From assembly GCA_965217895.1 (NCBI GenBank), contig CBDCJV010000002.1:4736001-4800000 (forward strand): a stretch of DNA of 64,000 nt, in the 5' to 3' direction. Under the pieces are notes generated by a model. It ran no database searches. It was not told where the DNA came from and saw only the letters and a program-made list of their open reading frames with translations. Of this stretch, positions 52,124 to 62,807 are shown piece after piece. Within the stretch, counting starts at the first letter, position 1. Each line of letters starts with the position of its first letter. The DNA is from Waterburya sp. Lineage in GTDB: Bacteria > Cyanobacteriota > Cyanobacteriia > Cyanobacteriales > Xenococcaceae. The translations under genes and the position numbers were made by a program.

Positions 52124-52305
52124 TCGATAATTATTAATCAGACTATTATCAAGGTGTCACATCTGTACTCGGATCTGCCTTTGATTGATGTAAGCTGTGG
52201 AGGAATTTATATCATTATCTGACAAAATTGCCCTTTGAGTAACATATACTCGCATTTTGAATAAATAGGATATGGTGTAAATTAATTTTAAACAATCAAA
52301 AGTGA

Positions 52306-54087
52306 ATGAGTGGTTTAAAAAATAAGATTAAAGCAGCTACCCTAGTCGATATCCTCCGTAATCAGGCTGAAGAAAAGCCTCATCAAACTGTATATAATTA
52401 CCTAATTGATGGAGAAACAGAAGAAGCTAGCCTTACCTATGGTCAGTTGGAAAAGAAGGCAAAAGCGATCGCCGCCTATCTTCAATCTGTATGTTCTCCT
52501 CAAGATCGGGTTTTGTTGTTATACCCCTCTAGCTTAGACTATATTACTGCTTTTTTTGGTTGTCTTTATGCCGGGGTAATTGCTATTCCCGCTTATCCTC
52601 CCAGACCTAACCGCTCTTTAAACCGCATCCATAATATTTTGCAAAATGCCCAGACTAATCTGGCTTTGACCAATACTGAAACACTATACGGTCTTCAGCG
52701 TCAATTAGAAAATACCACAGAGCTACAAAGCTTACGCTGGATTACGACAGATACAATCAACGATGATTTGGGGCAAGATTGGCACGAACCAAATATTTCC
52801 GAAGATAGTCTCGCTTTTTTACAATATACCTCTGGTTCGACGGCAGAACCAAAAGGGGTCAAAATTGCTTACAGGAACTTGCTGCACAACATGGAGGCTA
52901 TCCATCGCTGCTTTAGGCACTCTCCCGAAAGTAACGGGGTAATTTGGCTGCCTCCGTACCATGATATGGGTCTAATTGGCGGTATTCTCCAGCCTCTTTA
53001 TGGCGATTTTCCCGTGACCTTGATGTCGCCCTTGATGTTTTTGCAAAATCCTCTACGTTGGCTTAAGGCAATATCTCGCTATAAGGCTACTACCAGTGGC
53101 GGCCCCAATTTTGCTTACGATCTTTGTGTACGTAAATTCAAACCAGAACAGCTAACGGACTTAGATCTTAGTAGTTGGCAGGTAGCATTTAATGGTGCAG
53201 AGCCAATTAATCATGAAACTCTAAATAAATTTGCCACTACCTTTGCGCCCTATGGTTTTAAGTATTCTGCTTTTTATCCTTGCTATGGCATGGCAGAAGC
53301 CACTTTAATTATCTCAGGTGGTTCAAAAAACTCAGCAGTAGTAACCAAAACCGTGCAAGGAAAAGCTTTAGAACAAAATCAAATTGTGCTTGCCGATCTT
53401 AACGAGCCTCATCCCCATACTTTAGTAAGCTGTGGGATGGGTCTAAACGATCAAAAAATTGCGATCGCCAATCCTGAAACTATGGTTAGCTGCAAACCAG
53501 GAGAAGTAGGCGAAATTTGGGTATCTGGCTCTAGTATTGCCCAAGGCTATTGGCGACAACCCCAAATAACGAAAGAAACTTTTGGAGCTTACCTTCAAGA
53601 CACTAAAGAAGGGCCTTTTTTGCGTACAGGTGATTTAGGCTTTGTCGATCGAGGGGAGTTATTTTTTACTGGTCGTCTCAAAGATATGATTGTGATCAAA
53701 GGTCGCAATCATTATCCCCAAGACATAGAAAAAACCGTTGAAGATACTAACTCTTGGATCAGACCAAGCTGCGTTGCTAGTTTTTCCGTCAATATTCAAG
53801 GAGAAGAGAAACTTATTGTTCTAGCTGAGGTTGAGCGTCGTTACTGGAGTAGCAATCGCTCTGTTAAAACTGCTTCTAATGGTAATTCTTCGGCTAACGA
53901 AATGATTAATGTTAAGGATTTAACTCAAATCATTCGACGAGAGATTTCTAAAAACCACGACTTACAGGTATATACTACCCTGTTGCTCAAGCCTGGTAGT
54001 TTACCCAAAACCTCTAGCGGTAAAATTCAACGTCATGCCTGTCGTACCGAATTTCTGGCTAATACTATAGAAGGTTTGCCCATTTAG
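52306..54087 (+). CDS. Standalone fatty acyl-AMP ligase (FAAL)
   Basis: AFLQYTSGSTAEPKGV, WLPPYHDMGLIG, PCYGMAEATL, GRNHYPQDIE, LPKTSSGKIQR; no fused ACP. Confidence 0.92.
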   Translation: MSGLKNKIKAATLVDILRNQAEEKPHQTVYNYLIDGETEEASLTYGQLEKKAKAIAAYLQSVCSPQDRVLLLYPSSLDYITAFFGCLYAGVIAIPAYPPRPNRSLNRIHNILQNAQTNLALTNTETLYGLQRQLENTTELQSLRWITTDTINDDLGQDWHEPNISEDSLAFLQYTSGSTAEPKGVKIAYRNLLHNMEAIHRCFRHSPESNGVIWLPPYHDMGLIGGILQPLYGDFPVTLMSPLMFLQNPLRWLKAISRYKATTSGGPNFAYDLCVRKFKPEQLTDLDLSSWQVAFNGAEPINHETLNKFATTFAPYGFKYSAFYPCYGMAEATLIISGGSKNSAVVTKTVQGKALEQNQIVLADLNEPHPHTLVSCGMGLNDQKIAIANPETMVSCKPGEVGEIWVSGSSIAQGYWRQPQITKETFGAYLQDTKEGPFLRTGDLGFVDRGELFFTGRLKDMIVIKGRNHYPQDIEKTVEDTNSWIRPSCVASFSVNIQGEEKLIVLAEVERRYWSSNRSVKTASNGNSSANEMINVKDLTQIIRREISKNHDLQVYTTLLLKPGSLPKTSSGKIQRHACRTEFLANTIEGLPI

Positions 54088-54120
54088 ACTTTGCCATCTA
54101 TTTGGAAGTTGGGTAATAGA

Positions 54121-54287
54121 CAGTTAGGCGAGCGACCCCCTAAAGGGTTCAACAGTTTGCTCAACGGGGGGAACCCCCGCAACGCAACTGTCTCACCGCG
54201 TCGCCGTCAGGCGCAAGCGTCCGACACGAGGGCATCCCTAAACGGGAAGCCACGCGGACTTGGGAATGCGCGAGGAAGGCAGTTAGG
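54121..54287. repeat. Composite nested small dispersed repeat flanked by CAGTTAGG direct repeats
   Basis: CAGTTAGG at 54121-54128 and 54280-54287; GGCGAGCGAC..GCGTCGCCGTCAGGCGCAAG module split by a hairpin insert. Confidence 0.8.
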
Positions 54288-54323
54288 GCAGTTTTCTTTG
54301 ACTACAAACTACAAACTACAAAC

Positions 54324-56060
54324 TCAATAATGTGTTCCTGATTTACGGTGATGAATTGCTGTTACTCCTTCAGACTGGAATACTTTTCCTTGTTCGGCAA
54401 CAGCATAAATTAACCAATGATCTCCACATTCCATACGATTAGCAACCTGGCACTCTACATAAGCTAGAGCATCGCTTAAAATAGGACAGCCATTGGTGGC
54501 TTCTTCTGTGGCTACTCCTTCAAAGCGATCTTCCCCTGGAGCAAAAGGTTTAAGAAAGTGTTTCATTAAGCTAATGTGTTTTCCTTCAGGTAAAACATTT
54601 AAGACAAAGCTATTGCCCGTATAAAGTAGAGACTCGATCGCTCTTTCTTTGGCTACGGCAACGGTCAAACCAGGAGGATTAAAGGTGGCTTGAGATACCC
54701 AAGAAGCTAACATTGCTCCCGATACTTCGGCTTTTTTGGTAGTGACAATACACATTGAGCCTACCAAGCGACCTACTGCTTGTGCTGTACGATCAACATC
54801 GGCGGTAATTCCCTGAGCTTTTCTAACTTTTTGGCGATCTCGCTTGGCTTTTTTTAGAGCTTGAGCAAAATCTGTTCCTGCTTCTTCACAGGTTTTTAAA
54901 ACGGCATCAGTAGGGGTAAATTTAACTCGAATAGGTTCAAACCCAAACTTATAGCCAGCGTTGCGAAATTTTGTTTCTAATAAATCTACAGCTTCCCCAC
55001 TCCAGCCAAAAGAACCAAATGCTCCTGCTAGCTGAGTTTTGGCAGCATTTGCTAAGACAATACCCAATGCCGACTGTATCTGTGTAGGAGCGTGTCCTCC
55101 CAAAGTAGGTGAACCCATAACAAAGCCCGCCGATTTATCTACCGCCGATTTAATTTCCTCTGCTTTGGCAGATTCGGCATTGATCGATTCTACCGCCACT
55201 CCCGCTTTAGTAATGCCTCTGGCGATCGCACCAGCAATAGTAGCAGTGTTACCATAAGCAGAAGCATAAATTAAAGCCACCTTTAGTTCCAGTTTGTTTT
55301 GCTGTTGCGCCCAGGTACGATAATCTTCTGTCAATTCAATTAGACTATATCTAACTAATGAACCGTGGGCGGTAGCATAGATACGAGCAGGTTTATCAGC
55401 AATTTTATCTAAGCTAGCCATAACTTGACGAGCATGGGGAGCCATTAAACAATCAAAGTAATAACGGCGATCTTCTAAATCTACCGCCCAACCCTCATCA
55501 AAAACGCGATCGCCACACACATGACAACCAAACAGCTTATCAGTATAAAGAACCTCCGTTAAGCGATCGTAAGTACAAAGATGGTCGGGATAACGAGGGT
55601 TTGGGGTCGGGATAAATTCTAAAATATGTCCTTGACCAAGATCTAAAGTCTCCTCTCCTTTGATGACTTTTAACTTTAATTCTTGTTCTGCCCAAATTTT
55701 ACGCAGTGATATTGCCCCAGGATTAGAGCAGACAATCGTAATTTGGGGGGCAATTTCTAACAGAGCCTTGAGGGTGCTAGCGCGATTTGGATTGATATGC
55801 CCTAAGATGACATAATCAATTGTTTTCGGGTCAATTCTTGCCTGTAGAGCATCAATAAAAATAGTGGTGAAAGATTCCCCTGGCGGATCGAATAAAGCCG
55901 TTTTATCTCCTTCAACCAGATAAGAATTAGCAGTAGTTCCTTTTTGCAGAGCGTATTCAATTTCAAACTTTAGACGTTCCCAAGTACGTGATCGCAATAC
56001 ACGGGTATCCGCAGCAATGGGAAATACCTGAACATCCTTGGCTTTATTTACAGAGGACAT
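54324..56060 (-). CDS. flv1: Flavodiiron (diflavin) protein, Flv1 type
   Basis: RSRTWERLKFEIEY..GTTANSY; non-canonical GHINPNR metal site; flavodoxin YASAYGNT; C-terminal flavin reductase domain. Confidence 0.85.
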   Translation of the reverse strand: MSSVNKAKDVQVFPIAADTRVLRSRTWERLKFEIEYALQKGTTANSYLVEGDKTALFDPPGESFTTIFIDALQARIDPKTIDYVILGHINPNRASTLKALLEIAPQITIVCSNPGAISLRKIWAEQELKLKVIKGEETLDLGQGHILEFIPTPNPRYPDHLCTYDRLTEVLYTDKLFGCHVCGDRVFDEGWAVDLEDRRYYFDCLMAPHARQVMASLDKIADKPARIYATAHGSLVRYSLIELTEDYRTWAQQQNKLELKVALIYASAYGNTATIAGAIARGITKAGVAVESINAESAKAEEIKSAVDKSAGFVMGSPTLGGHAPTQIQSALGIVLANAAKTQLAGAFGSFGWSGEAVDLLETKFRNAGYKFGFEPIRVKFTPTDAVLKTCEEAGTDFAQALKKAKRDRQKVRKAQGITADVDRTAQAVGRLVGSMCIVTTKKAEVSGAMLASWVSQATFNPPGLTVAVAKERAIESLLYTGNSFVLNVLPEGKHISLMKHFLKPFAPGEDRFEGVATEEATNGCPILSDALAYVECQVANRMECGDHWLIYAVAEQGKVFQSEGVTAIHHRKSGTHY

Positions 56061-56115
56061 AGCTTATTTATGATGTTTTTATTCTTAACTTTAGTCTACC
56101 AAGATATGTCTTTAA

Positions 56116-57243
56116 CTATTCTGACCACAGACGGCGACGCTCTTTACCTTTCAACTGTTGATGAGTATCGCGCAATAAAGTAGGAATATTTAATTGTTCT
56201 GGACAACGAGGCAAACAATCACCACAGTCAGTACATTTATCACCCTTTTTCCCTGGAAACCAATGTCCCGCATTTTCTAGCATTCGGTAACGGTATTGCC
56301 CATAGTCTTGCATATCGTAAGCAGTGGTTAGATTACGCAGTCTAAGGATTTCAGGAATGTTAATTGTTTCAGGACAGGGTAGACATTGATAACACTGACG
56401 ACAAAGATCTGTAGCTAATGTAGTTTCTAACTCTTGTTCTAGCTTGCTAAATACTGCTGTTTCATCCTTCGTCAAAGGATGATCGGCATCAGCCACTTGC
56501 AGAGGGGTAGCTAGTTCTTCTGGAGTGGCAGCACCAACACTCAGGGTTGTAATACGGCGATCGCTTAATAAGAAACGATAGTTTAATTCTAAAGGAGTAA
56601 AAGGAGAACATAATTCTTCTAGCTTTTGGGGAGGGGTATATAACTTGCCTCCTTTATCAGCAGGAGAAATAATAAATATGCCCATGTCCTTGGCTGCTGC
56701 TAAAGCGATCGCTTTGGCATTCCTTTGATAAAAATAATAGTAGTGCAGGTTAACAAACTCAAATAAATTTGTCTCAATTGCTGCGAGGATCAAGTCTAGA
56801 CTGCCATGAGTCGAAAAGCCTAAATGTCTAATTTTTCCCTGTTTAATTGCCGTCTGTATCGCTGCTAGACAACCATCAGGATTTGTTGCCCATTCTAGGT
56901 GTTCCCAGGTGTTAATGCCGTGAATTGCCAGACAGTCTATATAATCAACTTGCAGCCTAGCCAATGACTCATCGATCTCCAGCTTAATTTTTTCTTTGTC
57001 CGTAGTAGGAGATAACTTGGTGGTGAGATAAATTTGCTCGCGAGGAATAGCTAAGTCTTGTAATGCCTGACTCAGGTACACCTCGCTCTGACCGTATCCC
57101 CTGGCAGTTTCTAGATGATTTATCCCCAGAGCAACCGCACGAGCGATAGTTTGACGGCTGGTTTGGGGAGAAGCCAAACGCATTGTCCCCAAGGAAAATA
57201 CCGATAAATTGAGATTAGTTTTACCAAACCGTCGCTGTCGCAT
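56116..57243 (-). CDS. Aldo/keto reductase with C-terminal Fe-S dicluster
   Basis: FSLGTMR, ETARGYG; CRQCYQCLPCP and CTDCGDCLPRCP. Confidence 0.9.
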   Translation of the reverse strand: MRQRRFGKTNLNLSVFSLGTMRLASPQTSRQTIARAVALGINHLETARGYGQSEVYLSQALQDLAIPREQIYLTTKLSPTTDKEKIKLEIDESLARLQVDYIDCLAIHGINTWEHLEWATNPDGCLAAIQTAIKQGKIRHLGFSTHGSLDLILAAIETNLFEFVNLHYYYFYQRNAKAIALAAAKDMGIFIISPADKGGKLYTPPQKLEELCSPFTPLELNYRFLLSDRRITTLSVGAATPEELATPLQVADADHPLTKDETAVFSKLEQELETTLATDLCRQCYQCLPCPETINIPEILRLRNLTTAYDMQDYGQYRYRMLENAGHWFPGKKGDKCTDCGDCLPRCPEQLNIPTLLRDTHQQLKGKERRRLWSE

Positions 57244-57308
57244 TTATTAGTTTGTTAGTCAATTGAATATTTAATTTAGTATTTCATAACTAAAACAATT
57301 GAGTAGTT

Positions 57309-57809
57309 TTAATGTTTTTCTTTATAGCCACCCTTTTTGATAAGTTGCTCTGGACTCAGGCTAGAAATAAATTGTCTAAAGGCTTGTCTTTCTGCATCAT
57401 CAGCATCAGTATCCACGGGAATAGAAGCATCGGCAATGACTTCTTCTAACACCCAAATAGGGCTATCGGTACGTAAAGCGATCGCCACAGCATCACTAGG
57501 ACGACAATCAATTTCTTTTTTGATTCCGTTAAACTTGATGCAAAGCACTGCATAAAAAATGTCGTCGGTAAGAGAATGGATAATTACCTTCTCTAACTTG
57601 ACGTTACAGTCATTCAAGATGTTGGCAAATAAATCATGAGTCAGAGGACGAGATGGGCGATGTCCTTCTAAAGCTTCAATAATCGCCTCAGCTTGGGCTT
57701 GTCCAATAAAAATTGGTAACGCTCTACGCTCTGAACTGTCCTTGAGTAGAATCATAGGACTGCGACTAGCAGCATTTATAACAATGCCTGCAACTTTCAT
57801 TTCAATCAT
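57309..57809 (-). CDS. Bifunctional nuclease (DUF151) family protein
   Basis: LPIFIG, RPLTHDL, DCRPSDAVAIA. Confidence 0.92.
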   Translation of the reverse strand: MIEMKVAGIVINAASRSPMILLKDSSERRALPIFIGQAQAEAIIEALEGHRPSRPLTHDLFANILNDCNVKLEKVIIHSLTDDIFYAVLCIKFNGIKKEIDCRPSDAVAIALRTDSPIWVLEEVIADASIPVDTDADDAERQAFRQFISSLSPEQLIKKGGYKEKH

Positions 57810-58067
57810 GGTTTTGTCCTCTGAGGTAGTAGATTGGCAGGAGTTAATAGCTAAAAGAAATAGATAAGAAATTTAAATGTATCTACTCTTAATACTTTAG
57901 ATATGTTTTAAGACTCTTTCAACCCTATTCAGGTAAAAAACTAGAACAGAAAGTCTTAAATGTTAATGTTTAATCACAGTATGCCTTAGTTTTTTTCTGT
58001 TGCCTCTAGTATTCAAGAAAAAATAATAGTTAAGTTGTTTAAAGTTACAGATTTACACATAATTATA

Positions 58068-58757
58068 ATGTTTACAGGTTTAATACAGTCATTAGGCTCA
58101 ATTGAGAGCCACAGCCAAGATTCCTTTGAGGTTTCAATTGTCGGCAACGGTTACAAGGCAATTATTTCAGATTTGGCAATTGGCGATAGCGTCGCTGTCG
58201 ATGGAGTATGTCTAACGGTAGAAACAATTTTAGATCGGGGCTTTATTGCTACAGCTTCCCCTGAAACTTTAGAGAGAACAACTTTAGGCGATCGCGATCG
58301 CGCTGCCAAATACGTTAACCTAGAAACTTCTCTTCGTATGGGCAGCAAAATTGGCGGACACTTCGTTACAGGACATATCGACGGTATCGGCTGTTTAATA
58401 GAATCAGTTGCTACTGCAACCTCCTGGGAGATTTGCTTTGGTATGCCCACAGGCATGAGTGAACAATGGCAAGAAAGAATAGGACGCTATTTAGTTTCTA
58501 AAGGCAGTATTGCCGTTAACGGCATTAGTCTGACTATAGCTGAGTGCGCCCCTGATGGTAGTTGGTTTAGCGCAGCCGTAATTCCCCATACTTATGCCCA
58601 GACAAATTTGAACAGTTTGCGATCGGGCAATTTAGTCAACCTCGAAAGCGATATCTTGGGTAAATATGTTGATCGATTAATTTCCCATCGTTTGCCAAGT
58701 CATCATCAGCAAGAAGAAATTAATTTGTCTTTCCTAGCTGAACATGGTTATGGATAA
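58068..58757 (+). CDS. ribE: Riboflavin synthase (alpha chain)
   Basis: MFTGL N-terminus, GDSVAVDGVCLTV, GGHFVTGHIDG, KGSIAVNGISLT; start placed at ATG 58068. Confidence 0.95.
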   Translation: MFTGLIQSLGSIESHSQDSFEVSIVGNGYKAIISDLAIGDSVAVDGVCLTVETILDRGFIATASPETLERTTLGDRDRAAKYVNLETSLRMGSKIGGHFVTGHIDGIGCLIESVATATSWEICFGMPTGMSEQWQERIGRYLVSKGSIAVNGISLTIAECAPDGSWFSAAVIPHTYAQTNLNSLRSGNLVNLESDILGKYVDRLISHRLPSHHQQEEINLSFLAEHGYG

Positions 58758-58768
58758 TCCGAAAATAG

Positions 58769-58966
58769 TAGCAATACGCTTAGTGTGAATTAGCTTCGTT
58801 TAAATTCGTTGGTTTTCAGCTTTTAGCTCTTAGCTCTTAGCTCTTAGCCACTATGAAAAAGGATAAAGTTTGACTTACTTAGCTACGTAAATACCAAATT
58901 TTAATAAACAGAACGTTCAGTAGAGCCATTTTAAGGTTTTTTAATTCACACTAGACGTAGCAATAG
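58769..58966. mobile_element. MITE-like element with TTAGCTC heptamers
   Basis: Perfect 12-bp inverted core TAGTGTGAATTA (58781-58792) / TAATTCACACTA (58942-58953). Confidence 0.7.
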
Positions 58967-59003
58967 TCTTAAATAACGTTGTTCAGTTGGAGGAGGTTTG
59001 TCC

Positions 59004-59798
59004 TTAACCCAAGTCTGACTTAGTTGCCAACTTTAACATTCCTTGAGTAATGCCAGGAAACAAACGATTTAAAAATGCAGGCACTTTTGCAGAACCCACT
59101 ATTACCTCGGCTTGAGGGTGCTTAACTACATCCAAAATAACTTTAGCCACATCTTCAGGTTGACTCGATAAAGGGCTAGACATCATTTGCTTCATTTGTT
59201 GCGGATCGCTATCTTTAAATACCGCCCTTTCTAAAAAGTCCGTGTTGGTAACGCTGGGATGTACCCCCGAAACATGAATACCTTGAGGCTCTAATTCTAA
59301 ACGTAAAGTTTCTGTCAAGCCGACAATAGCGTGTTTGCTGGTGCAATATGCCGTCATTTTCGGTAAAGGTACTTTGCCCCCAAACGAACCGACATTAATA
59401 ATATTGCCCTGCTTTCTAGCTAAAAAATGAGGTAGCAGGGCATTGATTGTATAAATATAGCCCCAAAGATTGACGTTGATAATTCTTTCCCAATCTTCGA
59501 TGGTAGTTTTTGCCATTGGTGCGCTCATGCAGACACCTGCGTTATTAACTAAAACATCAATTTGCGAAAAACGTTCTAAACCCAAATTAATTAGAGCTTC
59601 TACAGCACTGCGATCGCTTGTGTCGGTAGTAATTGCCAATGCTTGCCTGTCTAAACTTCTAATCTCTTCGGCAACAGATTCTAATCTATCTTTGGTGCGA
59701 GCAGTAATAATTAAATCGTAACCATTTTTGGCAAATAATAAGGCAGTAGCTTTACCAATGCCTTGAGATGCACCTGTAATAAAAGCAGTAGGAGACAT
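59004..59798 (-). CDS. Short-chain dehydrogenase/reductase
   Basis: TGASQGIG, VNNAG, YCTSK; start placed at ATG 59798. Confidence 0.92.
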   Translation of the reverse strand: MSPTAFITGASQGIGKATALLFAKNGYDLIITARTKDRLESVAEEIRSLDRQALAITTDTSDRSAVEALINLGLERFSQIDVLVNNAGVCMSAPMAKTTIEDWERIINVNLWGYIYTINALLPHFLARKQGNIINVGSFGGKVPLPKMTAYCTSKHAIVGLTETLRLELEPQGIHVSGVHPSVTNTDFLERAVFKDSDPQQMKQMMSSPLSSQPEDVAKVILDVVKHPQAEVIVGSAKVPAFLNRLFPGITQGMLKLATKSDLG

Positions 59799-60198
59799 AG
59801 TGTTTAGACAGAAAGTAATCAACGGTATTTTAAGATCTTACAAATTAGTACTTAGCCGAGACATCAATAGAAAGATATAAAAACCCTTGGAATCTCTTTG
59901 ACCTCAACATAGCCAGGAAATTGCCCAAATAACTCGTAAATCTATCTAGAGTAGTAGCTAAAAGTCATTCAGATTAGCGAGATTGCGTAACTTTTACAAA
60001 TTGAATCAGGCTACCATAAAGTTAGGAGTTGTTTATTAACCATTTGAATATCAAATTGAGCAAGCTAAGTAGATAGCATAATTGGCACTAGAAATTAAAT
60101 ATTAATAACCTGCAAATCTACGATTCTTAACGGTCGTGGAACTGTTACTTGTTCGTAAATATTACTGTCGGACAAAGTTTGGATATTGAGAAATATAA

Positions 60199-61620
60199 AT
60201 GAAAATAGCTATAAATAAATCAAAAAAGCGTCATAACATCTTCATCCCAGTTTTGGTAGCATTAGGCTTGGTTTTAATTGGTTTCACTACCTATCGCCTT
60301 GTCAAAAGTTCCAAATCAGAAGTAGATATTAACGCTTTAACCGTTCCTGTAAATAAAGAAAATTTAAATGTAGAAATTGCAGCTAGTGGCAGAGTCGAGC
60401 CGATCAAAAGCGTCAACGTAAGTCCCAAAGAACCTGCGCGGCTAATCAAATTATTGGTAGAGCAAGGCGATCGCGTCAAGGCAGGACAAACCCTAGCCAT
60501 CATGGAAAACGCCGAACTAGGAGTGGGAATCGATCAAGCAAGAGCCGATTTCAAACAAGCCCGCGCTAGCCTCACCGAAGGAGAAGCAAAAGTAAATGCC
60601 GAAATTGCTCAAGCAGAAGCTAGGCTCAAACAGGCTCAAGCCAAATTAAATCAAGCTCAAAATAGAATTCCTGCCGATATAGGGCAAACTCAGTCACAAA
60701 TTGCTGCTGCCGAATCTCGTTTACGACTTGGACAAGAGCGACTTCAGCGCAATAAATATCTTTTGCGACAGGGAGCTATTACTCAAGATGCCTTTGATGA
60801 AATTACCAATAATTATCAAAACGCCCAATCTGAGATTAAAGAGTTGCGCGAACGACTAGAACAGTTTAAGAGTACAGGAGGCTCTGAAGTTGAACAACTC
60901 AAAGCAGAAATAAATGAAGCTAGAATCTCTCTCCAACAAAAACAGGCAACTGCACCCGATGAGATAGCTGGATTAGAAGCATCCGCAGAAAAAGCAGAAG
61001 CATCCCTCAAGCAGTCAGAAATTAAATATGGCGACAGTATAGTCAAAGCTCCTTTTACAGGTGTTGTCACTCAAAGATATGCCGTGGAGGGTTCTTTTGT
61101 TGCCCCAAGTACTTCTGGCTCTAGTACTGAGTCAGCTTCTGCCACCTCAATCTTGGCATTAGCTCAAGGATTAGAGGTAATTGCCAAAGTTCCAGAGTTA
61201 GATGTAGGTCAGCTACAGCCAGGACAAAAAGTTAAGATTGTCGCCGATGCTTACCCAGAGCAAGTATTCACGGGTGAAATCAAACGCATTGCCCCTGAAG
61301 CAATAATTGAAGAAGAGGTTACTTCTTTTGAAGTACGGGTCAAGCTGCTTACAGGTGAGAATGTACTGCGCTCTAAAATGAATGTTGATGTCACTTTTAT
61401 TGGCAAGGAACTAAATAATAGCTTGGTAGTTCCCACAGTGGCGATATTTACCCAAAATGGAAAACAGGGAGTAATGATACCTGATGCGGAAAACAAGCCT
61501 AAATTTCAGCCTGTCAAAGTGGGGCTGTATTTAGGAGATAAAACGCAAATTATTGATGGAGTTAAGGCTAATCAAAAAGTATTTATTGACCTACCCAATC
61601 AGAAAAAGAAAGAAAAATAA
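60199..61620 (+). CDS. Efflux periplasmic adaptor (HlyD/MacA-like membrane fusion protein)
   Basis: N-terminal TM; VEQGDRVKAGQ and APFTGVV lipoyl halves; long coiled coil. Confidence 0.9.
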   Translation: MKIAINKSKKRHNIFIPVLVALGLVLIGFTTYRLVKSSKSEVDINALTVPVNKENLNVEIAASGRVEPIKSVNVSPKEPARLIKLLVEQGDRVKAGQTLAIMENAELGVGIDQARADFKQARASLTEGEAKVNAEIAQAEARLKQAQAKLNQAQNRIPADIGQTQSQIAAAESRLRLGQERLQRNKYLLRQGAITQDAFDEITNNYQNAQSEIKELRERLEQFKSTGGSEVEQLKAEINEARISLQQKQATAPDEIAGLEASAEKAEASLKQSEIKYGDSIVKAPFTGVVTQRYAVEGSFVAPSTSGSSTESASATSILALAQGLEVIAKVPELDVGQLQPGQKVKIVADAYPEQVFTGEIKRIAPEAIIEEEVTSFEVRVKLLTGENVLRSKMNVDVTFIGKELNNSLVVPTVAIFTQNGKQGVMIPDAENKPKFQPVKVGLYLGDKTQIIDGVKANQKVFIDLPNQKKKEK

Positions 61621-61621
61621 C

Positions 61622-61674
61622 TAGACCTCTTGCACGAATCAGAAATATCGATTGAGAATGAGGTCAGAGGTTTA
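61622..61674. repeat. Short or truncated copy of the TAGACCTCTTGCA element
   Basis: TAGACCTCTTGCACGAAT ... AGAGGTTTA; matches the left end at 15036. Confidence 0.6.
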
Positions 61675-61691
61675 TTATTACTCAACACTTT

Positions 61692-62783
61692 TTAGCCACC
61701 TACGCGGAATTCAATTACATCTCCTTCTTGAACGATATAATCTTTACCTTCTAAGCGCAGTAAGCCTTTTTCTTTGGCACCATTTTTAGAACCCGTGGCG
61801 ATTAAGTCTTCGTAACTAATTGTTTCTGCTTTTATAAATTTCTTTTCAAAGTCAGTATGAATTACCGCTGCTGCTTGAGGTGCTTTTGTGCCTGCAATAA
61901 TTGTCCAGGCGCGGGATTCTTGCTCTCCTGTAGTCAGGTAGGTACGCAAACCTAAAAGATCGTAGGTAGCTTTAATCAGAGATTTTAACCCTCCTTCTTC
62001 TACCCCTAAGGCTTCAAGAAAATCTTTAGTTTCGGCTGCTGATAGTTCAACCAACTCCGACTCAACCTGAGCAGAAACTATAACTACCTTCGCCTCCTCA
62101 TCTTTAGCAAACTCTCTTACTTCTTCTACCCAAGGGTTGCCTGTCGCCAAATCATCCTCAGCAACATTGGTAGCATAAATAATCGGTTTATTTGTCAGTA
62201 AGCCCAATGGTTTAATCATTAGCAAGTTATCTTCAGACAAGTCCATACTGCGAACAGATTTACCATCATTTAAGACTGTACTAATCTTCTCTAGTAGCTC
62301 AACCTCGGCTTGAGCATTTTTATCATTCTTTGCCTGTTTACGTAGTCTGGTGATGCGCTTTTCTATCTGAGCCAAATCTGCTAAAACTAGCTCTAAATTA
62401 ATTACTTCAATATCTCGTACAGGATCGACAGAGCCATCAACATGAATAATATCGTCATCATCAAAGCAACGAACCATGTGAACAATGGCATCAACCTCAC
62501 GAATATTAGCCAGAAATTGATTACCCAACCCTTCTCCTTTGCTTGCACCCTTAACTAAACCCGCAATATCGACAAACTCGATTCTCGTTGGCACTATTTT
62601 TTGTGAGCTATTCAATTTAGCCAGTACCTCTAGACGTGCATCAGGTACGGATACAACGCCGACATTGGGTTCAATGGTACAAAAAGGGAAATTGGCGGCT
62701 TCAGCCTTAGCATTGGCAACTAAGGCGTTAAACATAGTAGATTTACCCACGTTTGGTAATCCCACGATTCCTGCTCTTAACAT
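61692..62783 (-). CDS. ychF: Redox-regulated ATPase YchF
   Basis: [42 protein letters not shown]. Confidence 0.97.
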   Translation of the reverse strand: MLRAGIVGLPNVGKSTMFNALVANAKAEAANFPFCTIEPNVGVVSVPDARLEVLAKLNSSQKIVPTRIEFVDIAGLVKGASKGEGLGNQFLANIREVDAIVHMVRCFDDDDIIHVDGSVDPVRDIEVINLELVLADLAQIEKRITRLRKQAKNDKNAQAEVELLEKISTVLNDGKSVRSMDLSEDNLLMIKPLGLLTNKPIIYATNVAEDDLATGNPWVEEVREFAKDEEAKVVIVSAQVESELVELSAAETKDFLEALGVEEGGLKSLIKATYDLLGLRTYLTTGEQESRAWTIIAGTKAPQAAAVIHTDFEKKFIKAETISYEDLIATGSKNGAKEKGLLRLEGKDYIVQEGDVIEFRVGG

Positions 62784-62807
62784 GACGACTTATTTAGACT
62801 TATTGCT

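Noticed and set aside
54091..54330. 79-aa ORF after the FAAL as a possible ACP
   Set aside because: No DSL/GxDS phosphopantetheine motif; the sequence is composite repeat plus heptamers
57810..58067. FMN riboswitch upstream of riboflavin synthase
   Set aside because: No RFN consensus; only an AT-rich imperfect inverted repeat (TAAGACT..TTTC / GAAAGTCTTA)
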